64,000 nt of DNA from Alistipes sp. (GTDB lineage: Bacteria; Bacteroidota; Bacteroidia; Bacteroidales; Rikenellaceae). The stretch lies in contig JAZOWW010000021.1 in NCBI GenBank assembly GCA_045659425.1, forward strand, positions 8,638 to 72,637. The letters run 5' to 3'. Within the stretch, counting starts at the first letter, position 1. Every line of letters begins with the position of its first letter. Of this stretch, positions 8,171 to 18,181 are shown piece after piece. The notes under the pieces were generated by a model, which did not search any database, was not told where the DNA came from, and saw only the letters and a list, made by a program, of their open reading frames with translations. Both the position numbers and the translations under genes were made by a program.

Positions 8171-9127
8171 ATGGAATATCTATTTTTAATTATATCGTTG
8201 TGTGCGGTTATCTTTGGTGCCGACACACTTGTTTCGGGAGCAGTAGCCATCGCTCGCAAGTTGAAAATCTCGGATTTTGTCATCGGTGCCGTCATCGTGG
8301 GCATCGGAACATCGTTGCCGGAGTTGATTGTAAGTGCCACAGGGGCGTGGCAGGGCAATGTCGATATCGCCGTCGGCAATGTTGTAGGCTCCAACATCTT
8401 TAACGTGTTAGGCATCCTCGGCCTCACCGCCATGCTCTGTCCTACAAACGTATCACGCAGCAACCTGCGCTTCGAGTTGCCATTCTGCATCTTCGTCTCG
8501 GTAGTGGTTATGCTACTAGCCTTCAACTTCTTCAACGGCAATACATCGTGTATCTCTCGTGTGGATGGAGTGGTGTTACTTGTACTGTTCGTACTCTTCC
8601 TCTACGTGTCGTTCCTTCGGGATAAGCAGAATAGTGCATCCGCCCCTACCGACGAGACCGAGTCAGCCTCCGTACAGCCTATGTGGCTGGCTCTGTTGAA
8701 GGTTGTTGGAGGTCTAGTAGTGCTTATTGTTGGCTGCGACCACTTTGTCGAGAATGCCGTAACGATAGCAACCCGCTGGGGCGTGAATGAAGCCTTTATC
8801 TCCATCACGTTGATTGCGTGTGGCACCTCGCTACCGGAGTTGGCGGCCTCAATCGCTGCCGCAATAAAGCGCAACACCGAGTTGGCTCTGGGAAACATCA
8901 TCGGCTCTAATATATTCAATATCACCTTTATCCTCGGGGTGAGTTCGCAGATTTCACCTTTGGGCGGTGGCGGCATCACCTCCATCGACTACGCTGTGAT
9001 GATTGTGGCAGCAGTGCTGCCTGTGGTGTTTGGCTGGTGGGGTAAAATCTTCCGCACGGCAGGTGTTGCAATGTTCCTCTGCTTCGTGGCATACACTATC
9101 TACCTCCTGCGAATGCAGGGCATTTAG
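8171..9127 (+). CDS. Calcium/sodium antiporter (CaCA family, YrbG-like)
   Basis: Two alpha-repeats, GTSLPELIVS...GNVVGSNIFNVLGILG and GTSLPELAAS...GNIIGSNIFNITFILG. Confidence 0.85.
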   Translation: MEYLFLIISLCAVIFGADTLVSGAVAIARKLKISDFVIGAVIVGIGTSLPELIVSATGAWQGNVDIAVGNVVGSNIFNVLGILGLTAMLCPTNVSRSNLRFELPFCIFVSVVVMLLAFNFFNGNTSCISRVDGVVLLVLFVLFLYVSFLRDKQNSASAPTDETESASVQPMWLALLKVVGGLVVLIVGCDHFVENAVTIATRWGVNEAFISITLIACGTSLPELAASIAAAIKRNTELALGNIIGSNIFNITFILGVSSQISPLGGGGITSIDYAVMIVAAVLPVVFGWWGKIFRTAGVAMFLCFVAYTIYLLRMQGI

Positions 9128-9154
9128 TCGAAAAACCTTAAAAACCCAAATAGT

Positions 9155-10876
9155 ATGTTATTACAGATTTTGACACTATTCGGTGCTCTGGGAATGTTCC
9201 TATATGGAATGAATATGATGAGTTCCGGATTGCAGAAGGTGGCGGGCAATCGTATGCGTACCTTCCTCGCCGCAATGACCTCTAACCCATTCAAACAGGT
9301 TCTGACAGGTCTCGGCATCACCTCTATCATCCAATCGTCAAGTGCAACAACTGTTATGGTTGTTGGCTTTGTGAATGCCGGGCTGCTATCTCTGGTGCAG
9401 GCAATTGGCGTAATTATGGGCGCCAATATCGGCACTACGATCACTGCTTGGCTCATCTCGTGGCTCGGTTTCAAGATGGATATCTCGGTGCTGGCGGTAC
9501 CTCTTATGGCCGTTGGTTTCATTATGAGTATGGCCAAGCGAGAGAAGTATCGCAATATAAGCGAGTTTGTCATTGGATTTGCACTGCTATTCCTCGGCCT
9601 TGCACTGATGAAAAATTCGGTACCTGATTTACAGCAGACTCCGGAGATTCTCTCCTTTATAACCAAGTGGACGGGCTACGGCTTTGGCTCCGTACTTATC
9701 TTCTTGATATTCGGCACGGTACTGACCCTTATTCTGCAATCGTCGAGTGCTACGATGGCTCTGACGCTGATTATGATGAGTCTGGGTTGGATTCCATTCG
9801 ACATGGCGGCGGCTATGGTGCTTGGCGAGAATATAGGTACAACCATTACCGCCAACATTGCCGCTGCGGTGGGTAATCCTAATGCCCGTCGTGCTGCGCT
9901 GGCGCACACCTTCTTCAATGTCTTCGGTGTTGTCTGGGCATTGATTTTCTTCCGTCTGTTCCTATCGCTAATAGGCAATATCATTGAGTGTATGGGATAC
10001 CCTAACCCGACAGAGATTGCATATACGGTTACGACCGACTCGGGTTCGACTGAATCTACCGCCGCTCTATATGGAGTGTCGATGCTCCACACACTCTTCA
10101 ACAGCATCAACACTCTTATCCTTGTGTGGTTCATCCCTCTGATTGGCAAGTTTGTAACTTGGATAATCAAGCCGAAGGCATCCGAGGAGGAGGACAACGT
10201 GAAACTCAAATATATCGAGGCTGGTCCGATGGGTACCGCCGAGTTGTCACTCACGCAGGCAAAGAACGAGATTATACACTTCGCACACATTTCTCGCAAG
10301 GGGTTAGAGTATGTTCGCTCCGCCGTTCATGCCGAGAAGGAGGCCGACTTCGAGTTGTATCGCAAAAAGTTGGTTAAGTACGAGGAGATTGCTGACCGCA
10401 TAGAGTACGAGATTGCATCGTTCTTGAATGCCATCCCGCAGAGCGATTTGAGCGAAAAGACACGTAGCATCGTGAAGGCTATGTACAAGATTGTCGGCGA
10501 GTTGGAGAGCCTTGGTGATTCCGGCGAGGCTATCAGCCGCATCCTTTCTCGTCGCAACATCCACGGCAAGAACTTTACAGCGCAAAACGTTGCCAAGATT
10601 GATTCGCTGCTGGATATGGTCGATAAGGCATACAACCTTATGATTGAACATCTTGCAATGGATAATGTTGATGCAGATGCATTGCGTAACTCAATAGACT
10701 GCGAGATTGAGATTAACAACCTGCGCAACGACCTGCGTGAGGAGGAGATTCTTCGCCTTGATGAGGAGGGTGCGCAGTATCAGAATAGCGTCTATTATAT
10801 CGACATCATCGCCGAGGTGGAGCGTATGGGTGACTACATCATCAACATCACAGAGGCTCTGCACAAGGTGAAGTAA
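9155..10876 (+). CDS. Na/Pi cotransporter family protein with C-terminal PhoU-like domain
   Basis: FLYGMNMMSSGLQKVAGNRMR...IQSSSATTVMVVGFVNAG...GANIGTTITAW repeated twice. Helical PhoU-like C-terminus. Confidence 0.88.
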   Translation: MLLQILTLFGALGMFLYGMNMMSSGLQKVAGNRMRTFLAAMTSNPFKQVLTGLGITSIIQSSSATTVMVVGFVNAGLLSLVQAIGVIMGANIGTTITAWLISWLGFKMDISVLAVPLMAVGFIMSMAKREKYRNISEFVIGFALLFLGLALMKNSVPDLQQTPEILSFITKWTGYGFGSVLIFLIFGTVLTLILQSSSATMALTLIMMSLGWIPFDMAAAMVLGENIGTTITANIAAAVGNPNARRAALAHTFFNVFGVVWALIFFRLFLSLIGNIIECMGYPNPTEIAYTVTTDSGSTESTAALYGVSMLHTLFNSINTLILVWFIPLIGKFVTWIIKPKASEEEDNVKLKYIEAGPMGTAELSLTQAKNEIIHFAHISRKGLEYVRSAVHAEKEADFELYRKKLVKYEEIADRIEYEIASFLNAIPQSDLSEKTRSIVKAMYKIVGELESLGDSGEAISRILSRRNIHGKNFTAQNVAKIDSLLDMVDKAYNLMIEHLAMDNVDADALRNSIDCEIEINNLRNDLREEEILRLDEEGAQYQNSVYYIDIIAEVERMGDYIINITEALHKVK

Positions 10877-10899
10877 ACGAGTTGAAAGATATACTTAGA

Positions 10900-10930
10900 G
10901 GGTCAAGAACAAAATTCTTGACCTTTTTAT
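10900..10930 (+). terminator. Intrinsic terminator after the Na/Pi cotransporter gene
   Basis: GGTCAAGAA-loop-TTCTTGACC followed by TTTTTATTT. Confidence 0.7.
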
Positions 10931-10983
10931 TTGCACTTCGAAGAGATATTTATTACTTTTGTTAAAATAAATACACAAAAACT

Positions 10984-11664
10984 ATGGGAAATAAGATTAA
11001 TGACCCTATTGCACGATTGATGGGTTTGCGTTACAAGTCGCATCCTTGGCATGGTATCGAGGTGGGCGATGATGCTCCAAATGTTATCACTGCATTTATT
11101 GAGATGGTGCCTACTGACACTGTAAAGTACGAGTTGGACAAGGTGAGCGGATATATCAAACTCGACCGCCCGCAGAAATATTCAAACGTCGTTCCTGCAC
11201 TCTATGGCTTCGTTCCGCAGAGTTTCTGCGGCGAGAGCGTTGCCAAGTACTGCATGCAGCAGAGTGGCCGTACGGGAATCGTCGGTGACGGTGACCCGTT
11301 GGATGTCTGTGTACTTACCGAGCGTGACATCTCGCATGGCGACATTATCGTAAATGTGCGTCCTATCGGAGGTTTCCGTATGTTGGATGGTGATGAGGCC
11401 GACGATAAGATTATTGCTGTATTGCGCCACGACGTAACATACAGCGGATATAACGATATTTCGGAGTTGCCAAAGGGTGTTGTAAACCGTTTGAAGCACT
11501 ACTTCCTCACATATAAGGATATGCCGGATAGCGAATCTTCAAAGAAGAAGGTTGAGATTATCGACACCTATGGACGTGATGAGGCTTTGGAGATTATCAA
11601 CCGCTCGTTGGAGGACTACAAGTGTCACTTCGACGGTCTGGATGAGATTTTGCGTCACGTATAG
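10984..11664 (+). CDS. ppa: Inorganic diphosphatase (family I)
   Basis: HPWHGIEVG...YELDK...YGFVPQS...GDGDPLDVCVL...MLDGDEADDKIIAV. Confidence 0.85.
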   Translation: MGNKINDPIARLMGLRYKSHPWHGIEVGDDAPNVITAFIEMVPTDTVKYELDKVSGYIKLDRPQKYSNVVPALYGFVPQSFCGESVAKYCMQQSGRTGIVGDGDPLDVCVLTERDISHGDIIVNVRPIGGFRMLDGDEADDKIIAVLRHDVTYSGYNDISELPKGVVNRLKHYFLTYKDMPDSESSKKKVEIIDTYGRDEALEIINRSLEDYKCHFDGLDEILRHV

Positions 11665-11666
11665 AT

Positions 11667-12422
11667 TTGACACAAGCGATCATGAGAAGAGTTTATATTA
11701 CTATTTTGTCGGCAGTTGCGCTTTTGTGCAGCGTGCAATCGGTATATGCACAGGCAAGTAATCTCTACGATGCCGATATATATATCCCGATTGAGCAGAT
11801 GCCGAATATGGTGGAGTGGTACGGAGGACCGCCTGCCGAAGGATCTGCCGCATTCGAGTACGACAAGGCTCGTTACGAGTGGGGCAAGCAGATGCGCAAC
11901 AATAAGGAGCGTGCCGAGGCTGCCATTCGTCAGGTTGATAACTCGATCCCGGGACTTTGTGCCGAGTTCAGCAAGCCGTTTGGAATGACCCTTTCGGAGA
12001 AGGAGACACCTCAAATCTACCGTCTGTTGCGTGATGCAGTAACCAACTGCGTCAAGACGGCGATAGAGCCGAAAAAACACTACGAGCGTATTCGTCCGTT
12101 CCGCTACTACAACGAGGAGTCGCTCATTCCGTTCCAGCAGGAGCATCTGCACGATAATGGTTCATACCCGTCGGGACACACCCTGCGAGGTTGGTGCGTA
12201 GCATTGTTGCTTATCGAGATTAACCCTGCGGCGCAGGATGAGTTGCTCAAAATGGGATATATGATGGGCGATAGCCGCCTTATCTGCGGAGTTCATTGGC
12301 AGAGTGATGTCACTGCATCTCGTCTGCAAGCATCCGCCGCATATGCCCGTCTGCATACAAGTCCACGTTTCTGCAAGCAGGTGAAGAGGGCTCGCCGTGA
12401 GTTTGTCCGCAAGAGCAGATAG
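11667..12422 (+). CDS. Class A nonspecific acid phosphatase (PAP2 superfamily), secreted
   Basis: Signal peptide, plus the PAP2 signature KKHYERIRPF ... YPSGHT ... SRLICGVHWQSD. Confidence 0.85.
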   Translation: MTQAIMRRVYITILSAVALLCSVQSVYAQASNLYDADIYIPIEQMPNMVEWYGGPPAEGSAAFEYDKARYEWGKQMRNNKERAEAAIRQVDNSIPGLCAEFSKPFGMTLSEKETPQIYRLLRDAVTNCVKTAIEPKKHYERIRPFRYYNEESLIPFQQEHLHDNGSYPSGHTLRGWCVALLLIEINPAAQDELLKMGYMMGDSRLICGVHWQSDVTASRLQASAAYARLHTSPRFCKQVKRARREFVRKSR

Positions 12423-12438
12423 AGAAGGCGTATATTAA

Positions 12439-12475
12439 CTAAATAAGCCCGAAGCAATGCTTCGGGCTTATTTAG
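12439..12475. terminator. Bidirectional terminator between convergent genes
   Basis: 17-bp perfect stem CTAAATAAGCCCGAAGC / GCTTCGGGCTTATTTAG with A/T runs on both sides. Confidence 0.75.
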
Positions 12476-12501
12476 TTGTGTTGTTCGTAAACTCGCAAGA
12501 G

Positions 12502-12771
12502 TTATCTCTTGCAGGCTTGACGTAAGGCTTTGGCTAACTGATCAGGACACGATGTGCCTCGCCCTGCACAGTCTATACCCTCCAAACGCTCGATAGCGTC
12601 CTCTATGCGCATATTGCGAACGAGTGCAGCGATACCCTGCGTATTGCCGCTGCAACCTCCTACAAACTGGACATTAACAATAATATCCCCATCTGTTTCA
12701 AGAAGGATTGCCTGCGAGCAGGTGCCTTTTGGATAGTATATTGTACTTTCAGCCATGAGTTTACCTCTCAT
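12502..12771 (-). CDS. TSCPD domain protein (TIGR03905-like)
   Basis: GGCSGNTQGIAALV...GIDCAGRGTSCPDQLAKAL. Confidence 0.8.
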   Translation of the reverse strand: MRGKLMAESTIYYPKGTCSQAILLETDGDIIVNVQFVGGCSGNTQGIAALVRNMRIEDAIERLEGIDCAGRGTSCPDQLAKALRQACKR

Positions 12772-12776
12772 TACGA

Positions 12777-13097
12777 TTATTTCTTCTCCTGTGGTGCAGC
12801 AGAAGGATCTCCAACAACCATACTCTTATCGATACGGAGCGTTACGTTGCTGTCAACCTCGATAAGGATTGAAGCCTCGCCCTCCTTTACCTCCTTAACG
12901 GTGCCATAGATACCACCTGCGGTAATAATCTTATCGCCCTTCTTCAAGTTCTTGCGGAACTCCTCCATCTGCTTGCGACGCTTTGACTCAGGGCGCCACA
13001 TAAAGAGCCACATAATCAAAATCATCGCTACAATCATCACCCAGAAGGACCAATTTGCGCCCTGCTGTGCAGCGGCTGCCTCTAACATTGTAATCAT
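12777..13097 (-). CDS. yajC: Preprotein translocase subunit YajC
   Basis: Single TM segment followed by RPESKRRKQMEEFRKNLKKGDKIITAGGIYGTVKEV. Confidence 0.85.
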   Translation of the reverse strand: MITMLEAAAAQQGANWSFWVMIVAMILIMWLFMWRPESKRRKQMEEFRKNLKKGDKIITAGGIYGTVKEVKEGEASILIEVDSNVTLRIDKSMVVGDPSAAPQEKK

Positions 13098-13193
13098 AGT
13101 TGTAAAAAGTTTTTCGTTTTATTTGGTAAATATACTAAATCTTATCTTCGTGGTGCAGGTATATCACTTATGCGATATAATTACACCCTTTTA

Positions 13194-14132
13194 TTATAAT
13201 AAGCCTTTGCCCGACTTGACGATACGACCCTCCTCCACGAGTTGTGAGGTAATCTTGTCAAGCACACCATTGATAAATACGCTGCTCGATGGGGTAGAGT
13301 AGTATTTCGCAATGTCGATATACTCGTTAAGGGTAACTTTTACAGGGATAGAGGCGAAAGCCTCAGCCTCGGCGATAGCCACAGCCAGGATGACGCTATC
13401 CATCATCGCTACACGGTCTATCTCCCAGTTGCTTGCATACTTGTCGATTAACTCCTGGTTGTCGGCAAAGTGAACGATTGAGGCACGGAGCAACTTCTTT
13501 GCAAAATCCAAATCCTCATCGCTCTTGAACTTTGGCAGGAGTTTTACCTGCTCGTGCGACTCACGCATCGATGTGACGGTGCGGATAACCATCAAGAGAG
13601 TGTGGCCCAAGTCGTCTGCCCAAAGCGAAGACATCTCTTCGAGGTTCTCCTCCAAGAGTTCGTTCTCTTCAAGAATATTCTGATATATGTCGGCAACAAG
13701 TTGTGCATCCTCACGGAATGAGCGGCTCTCGGATGCCATATACTTCTGGAAAAACTCCTGCGCACATAGGTCTGTATAGATGTTCTTTATAAGGTCGTTG
13801 CGTCCATTCCACGAGAGATGATGTTTTTTGCAGAAGTCGTTGATGAACTCGCACTCGGCAATGCGTGCAATGGCCTTGTTTTCAACGAATTTTCGGTTGG
13901 GATTCAACTCCTCATGTGTAGGCAGCATCTTGTTACGTCCAATCTCCTGACGCTCCTCTGCATAACTAACAAGTTCAGACATAAGGGTTAGCATCTGGAA
14001 ATAGAGTTCGTGTGCCTTATCAATAGAGGCAAGGAGATTTTTCTCGGTAGAGGGCACATTGTCACACTCACACTGCAAGTGTGCATATACAGCCTTGACA
14101 ACCTTAATTCTAAGTAATCTTCTACTCAACAT
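13194..14132 (-). CDS. nusB: Transcription antitermination factor NusB (long Bacteroidetes form)
   Basis: MLSRRLLRIKVVKAVYAH ... WEIDRVAMMDSVILAVAIAE ... VFINGVLDKI. Confidence 0.8.
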   Translation of the reverse strand: MLSRRLLRIKVVKAVYAHLQCECDNVPSTEKNLLASIDKAHELYFQMLTLMSELVSYAEERQEIGRNKMLPTHEELNPNRKFVENKAIARIAECEFINDFCKKHHLSWNGRNDLIKNIYTDLCAQEFFQKYMASESRSFREDAQLVADIYQNILEENELLEENLEEMSSLWADDLGHTLLMVIRTVTSMRESHEQVKLLPKFKSDEDLDFAKKLLRASIVHFADNQELIDKYASNWEIDRVAMMDSVILAVAIAEAEAFASIPVKVTLNEYIDIAKYYSTPSSSVFINGVLDKITSQLVEEGRIVKSGKGLL

Positions 14133-14246
14133 ATTCAGAACGATAATTTATTCGACTGCAAAAGTAGTAAAAAATAATGGGAGAACAAAAAAGTCAGCCT
14201 GCCTAAATGTACGACAGACTGACTTTTTACTCTTTTTAGTAGTTAA

Positions 14247-15485
14247 TTAGAATACAATAACTGCACGATTCTGCTGGAATGTGAGTTTGTCGAATGGAAC
14301 ATTCTCAACTCCGCAACCGTTGTAGGTCAGACGTGAAGCCTCTACTCCACACTCGATGAGGTACTCATAAACTACACGGGCACGCTTCTCGGCGAGTTTG
14401 ATGTTGTAGTTCTTGCTTCCGGTCTCAGCGTCTGCATAACCGTTGACAGTATAAACGTAATCCTTATTAGCATCGTTCTTAATTTTCTCTGCCAACAAGT
14501 TCAGGCGTACCTTGTTGTTCTTGGTAAGCAAACTGCGATCGATAGCGTAGAAGAGCAACTCGTCAGAGTGAGTGTTGAGCAGACGGTCGTTAGCCGAAGC
14601 CAATGCAGCGTCACGATCTGCAACCTGTGCGGCAGCAGCATCCAAAGCCTTAGCCTGCTCGTCAGCCAAAGCACGCAACTTCTCGTTCTCTGCCTGTGCA
14701 GCCGCCGCAGCCTGCTCGGCAGCCTCCAAACGTGCGAGGGTTGCCTTTGCCTCTGCCTCGGTTGCGCCCGAACGATCCCAATCACGACGGTTGAAACGGT
14801 ATGTTACACCTGCGTATATGCGCAAAGCATTGAAACGATCGCTACTTCCTGCGGTACATACGGGGAAGAGGGTGGCACGAGAGAGCATATACTCAATCGA
14901 GAGATTTACATTCCAAGCATCGGTAATACGGAAACGGTTCTGCAAGCCGAAGTTAAAAGCGTAGTCGTGTGGGCGACGACGAGCCGGCTCCTCCAATCCG
15001 CCCCAGTTGTTACCCTGAGTCTCATCCAACTTGGCGCCCAGGTCAACAAATGCTAAACCAGCACCCAAATTAACAACTGCGCTGTAAAAGCGATCCTTGC
15101 GATAGCCGCCAATCCAGTTTGTCAAGTCCACCATAAAGTCAGGGTGGAAATACATCATGCTTGTGCTAATCTGCTCGTCGAAAGGACTCTTATAGCGGAG
15201 GTTTGCAACCTCGACACCGAAACGAACACCAAATACAGGGTGGAACCACTTGTTGGCAGCAACGAAACCGCTCACACCGGTAGTTGCTCCGAATTTCTGG
15301 CTACCTGTGGCAACCATCCAAAGCGGACCTACGCCTGCGGATACCTCCCAGTTGTCTGAGAATTTATTAGAGATGAAGCCCTGACAACTTGGCTCCTTCT
15401 CCTGGTTCTGGGTTGCAGCAACAACACTCTCTGCTGAAAGTGTAAGTGTTGCGAGCATAACTGCAAGGAAGATAAATTTCTTCAT
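14247..15485 (-). CDS. OmpA-family outer membrane protein with Ala-rich coiled-coil linker
   Basis: Signal peptide (MKKFIFLAVMLATLTLSA), barrel-like N-terminal half, AEAKATLARLEAAEQAAAAAQAENEKLRALADEQ linker, and a C-terminal OmpA_C-like domain (NGYADAETGSKNYNIKLAEKRA). Confidence 0.8.
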   Translation of the reverse strand: MKKFIFLAVMLATLTLSAESVVAATQNQEKEPSCQGFISNKFSDNWEVSAGVGPLWMVATGSQKFGATTGVSGFVAANKWFHPVFGVRFGVEVANLRYKSPFDEQISTSMMYFHPDFMVDLTNWIGGYRKDRFYSAVVNLGAGLAFVDLGAKLDETQGNNWGGLEEPARRRPHDYAFNFGLQNRFRITDAWNVNLSIEYMLSRATLFPVCTAGSSDRFNALRIYAGVTYRFNRRDWDRSGATEAEAKATLARLEAAEQAAAAAQAENEKLRALADEQAKALDAAAAQVADRDAALASANDRLLNTHSDELLFYAIDRSLLTKNNKVRLNLLAEKIKNDANKDYVYTVNGYADAETGSKNYNIKLAEKRARVVYEYLIECGVEASRLTYNGCGVENVPFDKLTFQQNRAVIVF

Positions 15486-15634
15486 AATCAATTGATATTA
15501 AATCTTTTATATTATTTGTCCAGTTATTTCCTCTTCCGTAGGAAGAGTATATTATGTGCAAATGTAATAAAAAAATATGAAACAATATCGTTTTTGGACT
15601 TTTTTTGTTGAAAAAATAGGGTAGCCCGATATGT

Positions 15635-15664
15635 AAAAGAAGCGACACGAATGAGTGTCGCTTC
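15635..15664 (-). terminator. Intrinsic terminator after the GNAT gene
   Basis: GAAGCGACAC-loop-GTGTCGCTTC, followed on the minus strand by a T-run. Confidence 0.65.
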
Positions 15665-15671
15665 TTTGTTA

Positions 15672-16826
15672 TTACAAGTCCTTGATGAACGCTCGTCTGC
15701 GTTTATGTTGGATATGGTCAAAAATAACAAAGTTATTTTGGCTTTTTAGATTTGTTTCGAGGATAGCCGAAGTCTCTACTCGCTGAATGCCGTATTGTGA
15801 AAAATATGGAGTCATCTCATCAACAATCAAAGAGTTGACGCCCTTGTCCTGATAGTCCGGGCGTACGGCAATCAGGAGCAAATCGAAATCGGTCATCTTC
15901 TTTGCCTTCAATGCCTTCAACAGATAATACCAGCCAAATGGGAAGAGGCGGCCACGACACTTGCGCAGTGCCTCCGAGAGTGACGGCATACCTACACCCA
16001 GCGCAACAATCTCATCCTTTGCATTGACTACGATAGTGATGAAATCGAAGTTGAGCAGAGGGAAGAACATATTGCAATAGTACTGCTTCTGCTTATGTGT
16101 CATCGGTTGGTAGTTGTACAACTTTTGATACGCCTCATCGACAACATCGAAGTAGGAATAACCAAACCTCTTTTTCAACTCTTTTACGCTCTTAATCTTC
16201 ACGGTGCGGAGTCCGTAGCGCTCTGCCACATAGCCGGCAACACGTCTCATTCTCTCCGGAGCCTCCTTTGGTGGGAATACCTGGAACTCAATCCAATCTG
16301 CCTCTTTCTGCAAACCATAGCGCTCGTAGTGGCCCACATAGTATGGGTGGGTATAGAGGCTCGCCATAGGTGCGCTATGATCAAAACCCTCAATCAGCAA
16401 TCCCTGTCTGTCGAAATCGGTAAATCCAACCGGACCATTCAGGAGCTCCATTCCCTTACTTCTACCCCACTCGGCAACAGCATCAAGCAGCGACTTGAAG
16501 ACCTCGTAGTCGTCGATAAAGTCAAACCAGCCGAAGCGGCATTTCTTTACCTTCCACGCCTCGTTGGCACGATGGTTTACGATACCTGCAATGCGGCCTA
16601 CGATCTCGCCGTTGCGGTATGCCATATAGAGTACAAAATCGCACACTTCAAGTGCGGGGTTTCCGCCCTTTTTGAAGGTGTTAATCTCGTCGAAGATTAT
16701 TGGAGGACAATAGCAATCGTTGTCTTTATACAGATCGACTCCGAACTGCACGAAACGGCGCAATTCGCAATTTGTCGTAACCTCCTTGATAGTGATTAAA
16801 TCGGTGTTTGGGTTGGTTTTAGACAT
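15672..16826 (-). CDS. GNAT-family N-acetyltransferase-like protein
   Basis: C-terminal LLLIAVRPDYQDKGVNSLIV resembles the acetyl-CoA binding motif (Q/RxxGxG/A). Otherwise an uncharacterised conserved protein. Confidence 0.55.
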   Translation of the reverse strand: MSKTNPNTDLITIKEVTTNCELRRFVQFGVDLYKDNDCYCPPIIFDEINTFKKGGNPALEVCDFVLYMAYRNGEIVGRIAGIVNHRANEAWKVKKCRFGWFDFIDDYEVFKSLLDAVAEWGRSKGMELLNGPVGFTDFDRQGLLIEGFDHSAPMASLYTHPYYVGHYERYGLQKEADWIEFQVFPPKEAPERMRRVAGYVAERYGLRTVKIKSVKELKKRFGYSYFDVVDEAYQKLYNYQPMTHKQKQYYCNMFFPLLNFDFITIVVNAKDEIVALGVGMPSLSEALRKCRGRLFPFGWYYLLKALKAKKMTDFDLLLIAVRPDYQDKGVNSLIVDEMTPYFSQYGIQRVETSAILETNLKSQNNFVIFDHIQHKRRRAFIKDL

Positions 16827-16866
16827 AAATTTAGGTTGTAATTTTTCCTTCGTCTGTTCGGCAACT

Positions 16867-18024
16867 CTATAACTCGTCGCTGTACACGGCGCCCGGAAGA
16901 TCGTGTTGGTTATAACGTGAAGCCATAGACATTCCGTATGCTCCGGCCGATTTGATTGTCAGCAAATCGCCACGCTTTGTGATTGGCAACGATACATTCT
17001 CGTCGAATACGTCGGTAGATTCGCAGGCTGTACCAACGATGGTATATTTCAGACGCTGAGTCTCCTGTGAAGTGATATTCTCGATGTTGTGATACGAACC
17101 ATACAATGCAGGACGGATAAGTTCCGTCATACTTGCATCTACGATAGCCAGGCGGCGACCGGTAGCCGTAGTCTTATTGAATAATACACGGGTAATAAGT
17201 TCTCCGCACTGACCTACAAGCGAACGTCCGAACTCGAAGTGTACCTCACGATCACCAACATTCAGGTGCTGCTTGGTGATGGCGAATACCGATGTGAAGT
17301 TTGGAATAGGCTCGTTCTCCGGCATGTCGTAGTTGATTCCAAGACCACCACCTACGTCAACAAACTTCAAATCGAAGCCGAGTTTTGTGAGATTTTCGAC
17401 AATAACGTTTGCCTTATTACACATATTCTCAAATACGTGCAACTCACGAATCTGCGAGCCGATGTGGATATGCATACCCACAACTTTGAGGTTGTGCAGC
17501 GATTGAATATCGGCAACACTCGAAAGAATCTCCTCGTACGAGATTCCAAACTTACTGTCTGCCTGACCTGTGTCAATACAGTGGTTTGTCTTAGGGTCAA
17601 TATCAGGATTTACACGAAGAGCAACATCCACAACCTTGCCGGCCTCACGTGCCAACTCATCTACCAGGTGTAACTCTTCGATAGACTCACAGTTGATAGC
17701 GTATATCTCCTGCTCGATAGCATAGCGAATCTCCTTGTCACGCTTGCCTACACCTGCATATACGATGCTCTTCGGGTCGAATCCTGCCTCGATGGCGCAA
17801 CGCACCTCGTTACCGCTTGCGCAGTCGATACCGAAGCCGTACTCACGGATAATCTGCAACAGGCGAGGGTCATAGTTTGCCTTGATAGCATAGTGTACCT
17901 TATATCCATATTTTGATGCCATGGACATTGCGCTTTCGAGAGTTTGGCGCAACAATGCCACGTCATAAAGGTAGAACGGGGTTTCAAGTTTAGTTAGTTT
18001 TTCTGCTACTTGTCTACTTAACAT
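16867..18024 (-). CDS. lysA: Diaminopimelate decarboxylase (PLP-dependent, fold III)
   Basis: TPFYLYD...YAIKANYDPRLL...HIHIGSQI...DVGGGLGI...ESTD. Start trimmed to MLSRQV; the longer ORF starts at 18054. Confidence 0.85.
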   Translation of the reverse strand: MLSRQVAEKLTKLETPFYLYDVALLRQTLESAMSMASKYGYKVHYAIKANYDPRLLQIIREYGFGIDCASGNEVRCAIEAGFDPKSIVYAGVGKRDKEIRYAIEQEIYAINCESIEELHLVDELAREAGKVVDVALRVNPDIDPKTNHCIDTGQADSKFGISYEEILSSVADIQSLHNLKVVGMHIHIGSQIRELHVFENMCNKANVIVENLTKLGFDLKFVDVGGGLGINYDMPENEPIPNFTSVFAITKQHLNVGDREVHFEFGRSLVGQCGELITRVLFNKTTATGRRLAIVDASMTELIRPALYGSYHNIENITSQETQRLKYTIVGTACESTDVFDENVSLPITKRGDLLTIKSAGAYGMSMASRYNQHDLPGAVYSDEL

Positions 18025-18121
18025 AACCTTAAAAGTTTGATATTTAAGGTGCAAAGATAAGAAAAAATCAAAAAAACTATCGTTTCAGGACAAAAAAGTG
18101 TCGCATATCGCTCCCTTAAAG

Positions 18122-18159
18122 AAAAAAAGGAGTGTCACGACTCAAAAGTCGGACACTCC
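18122..18159 (-). terminator. Intrinsic terminator after nrdJ
   Basis: GGAGTGTC-CGACT-loop-AGTCG-GACACTCC compound hairpin, followed on the minus strand by TTTTTTT. Confidence 0.7.
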
Positions 18160-18181
18160 CACACATCTTATCTATAAACTA

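Noticed and set aside
9155-12422. Na/Pi cotransporter, pyrophosphatase and acid phosphatase cluster as a novel system.
   Set aside because: This is a coherent but ordinary grouping of phosphate-handling housekeeping genes. Nothing in the sequence is unusual.
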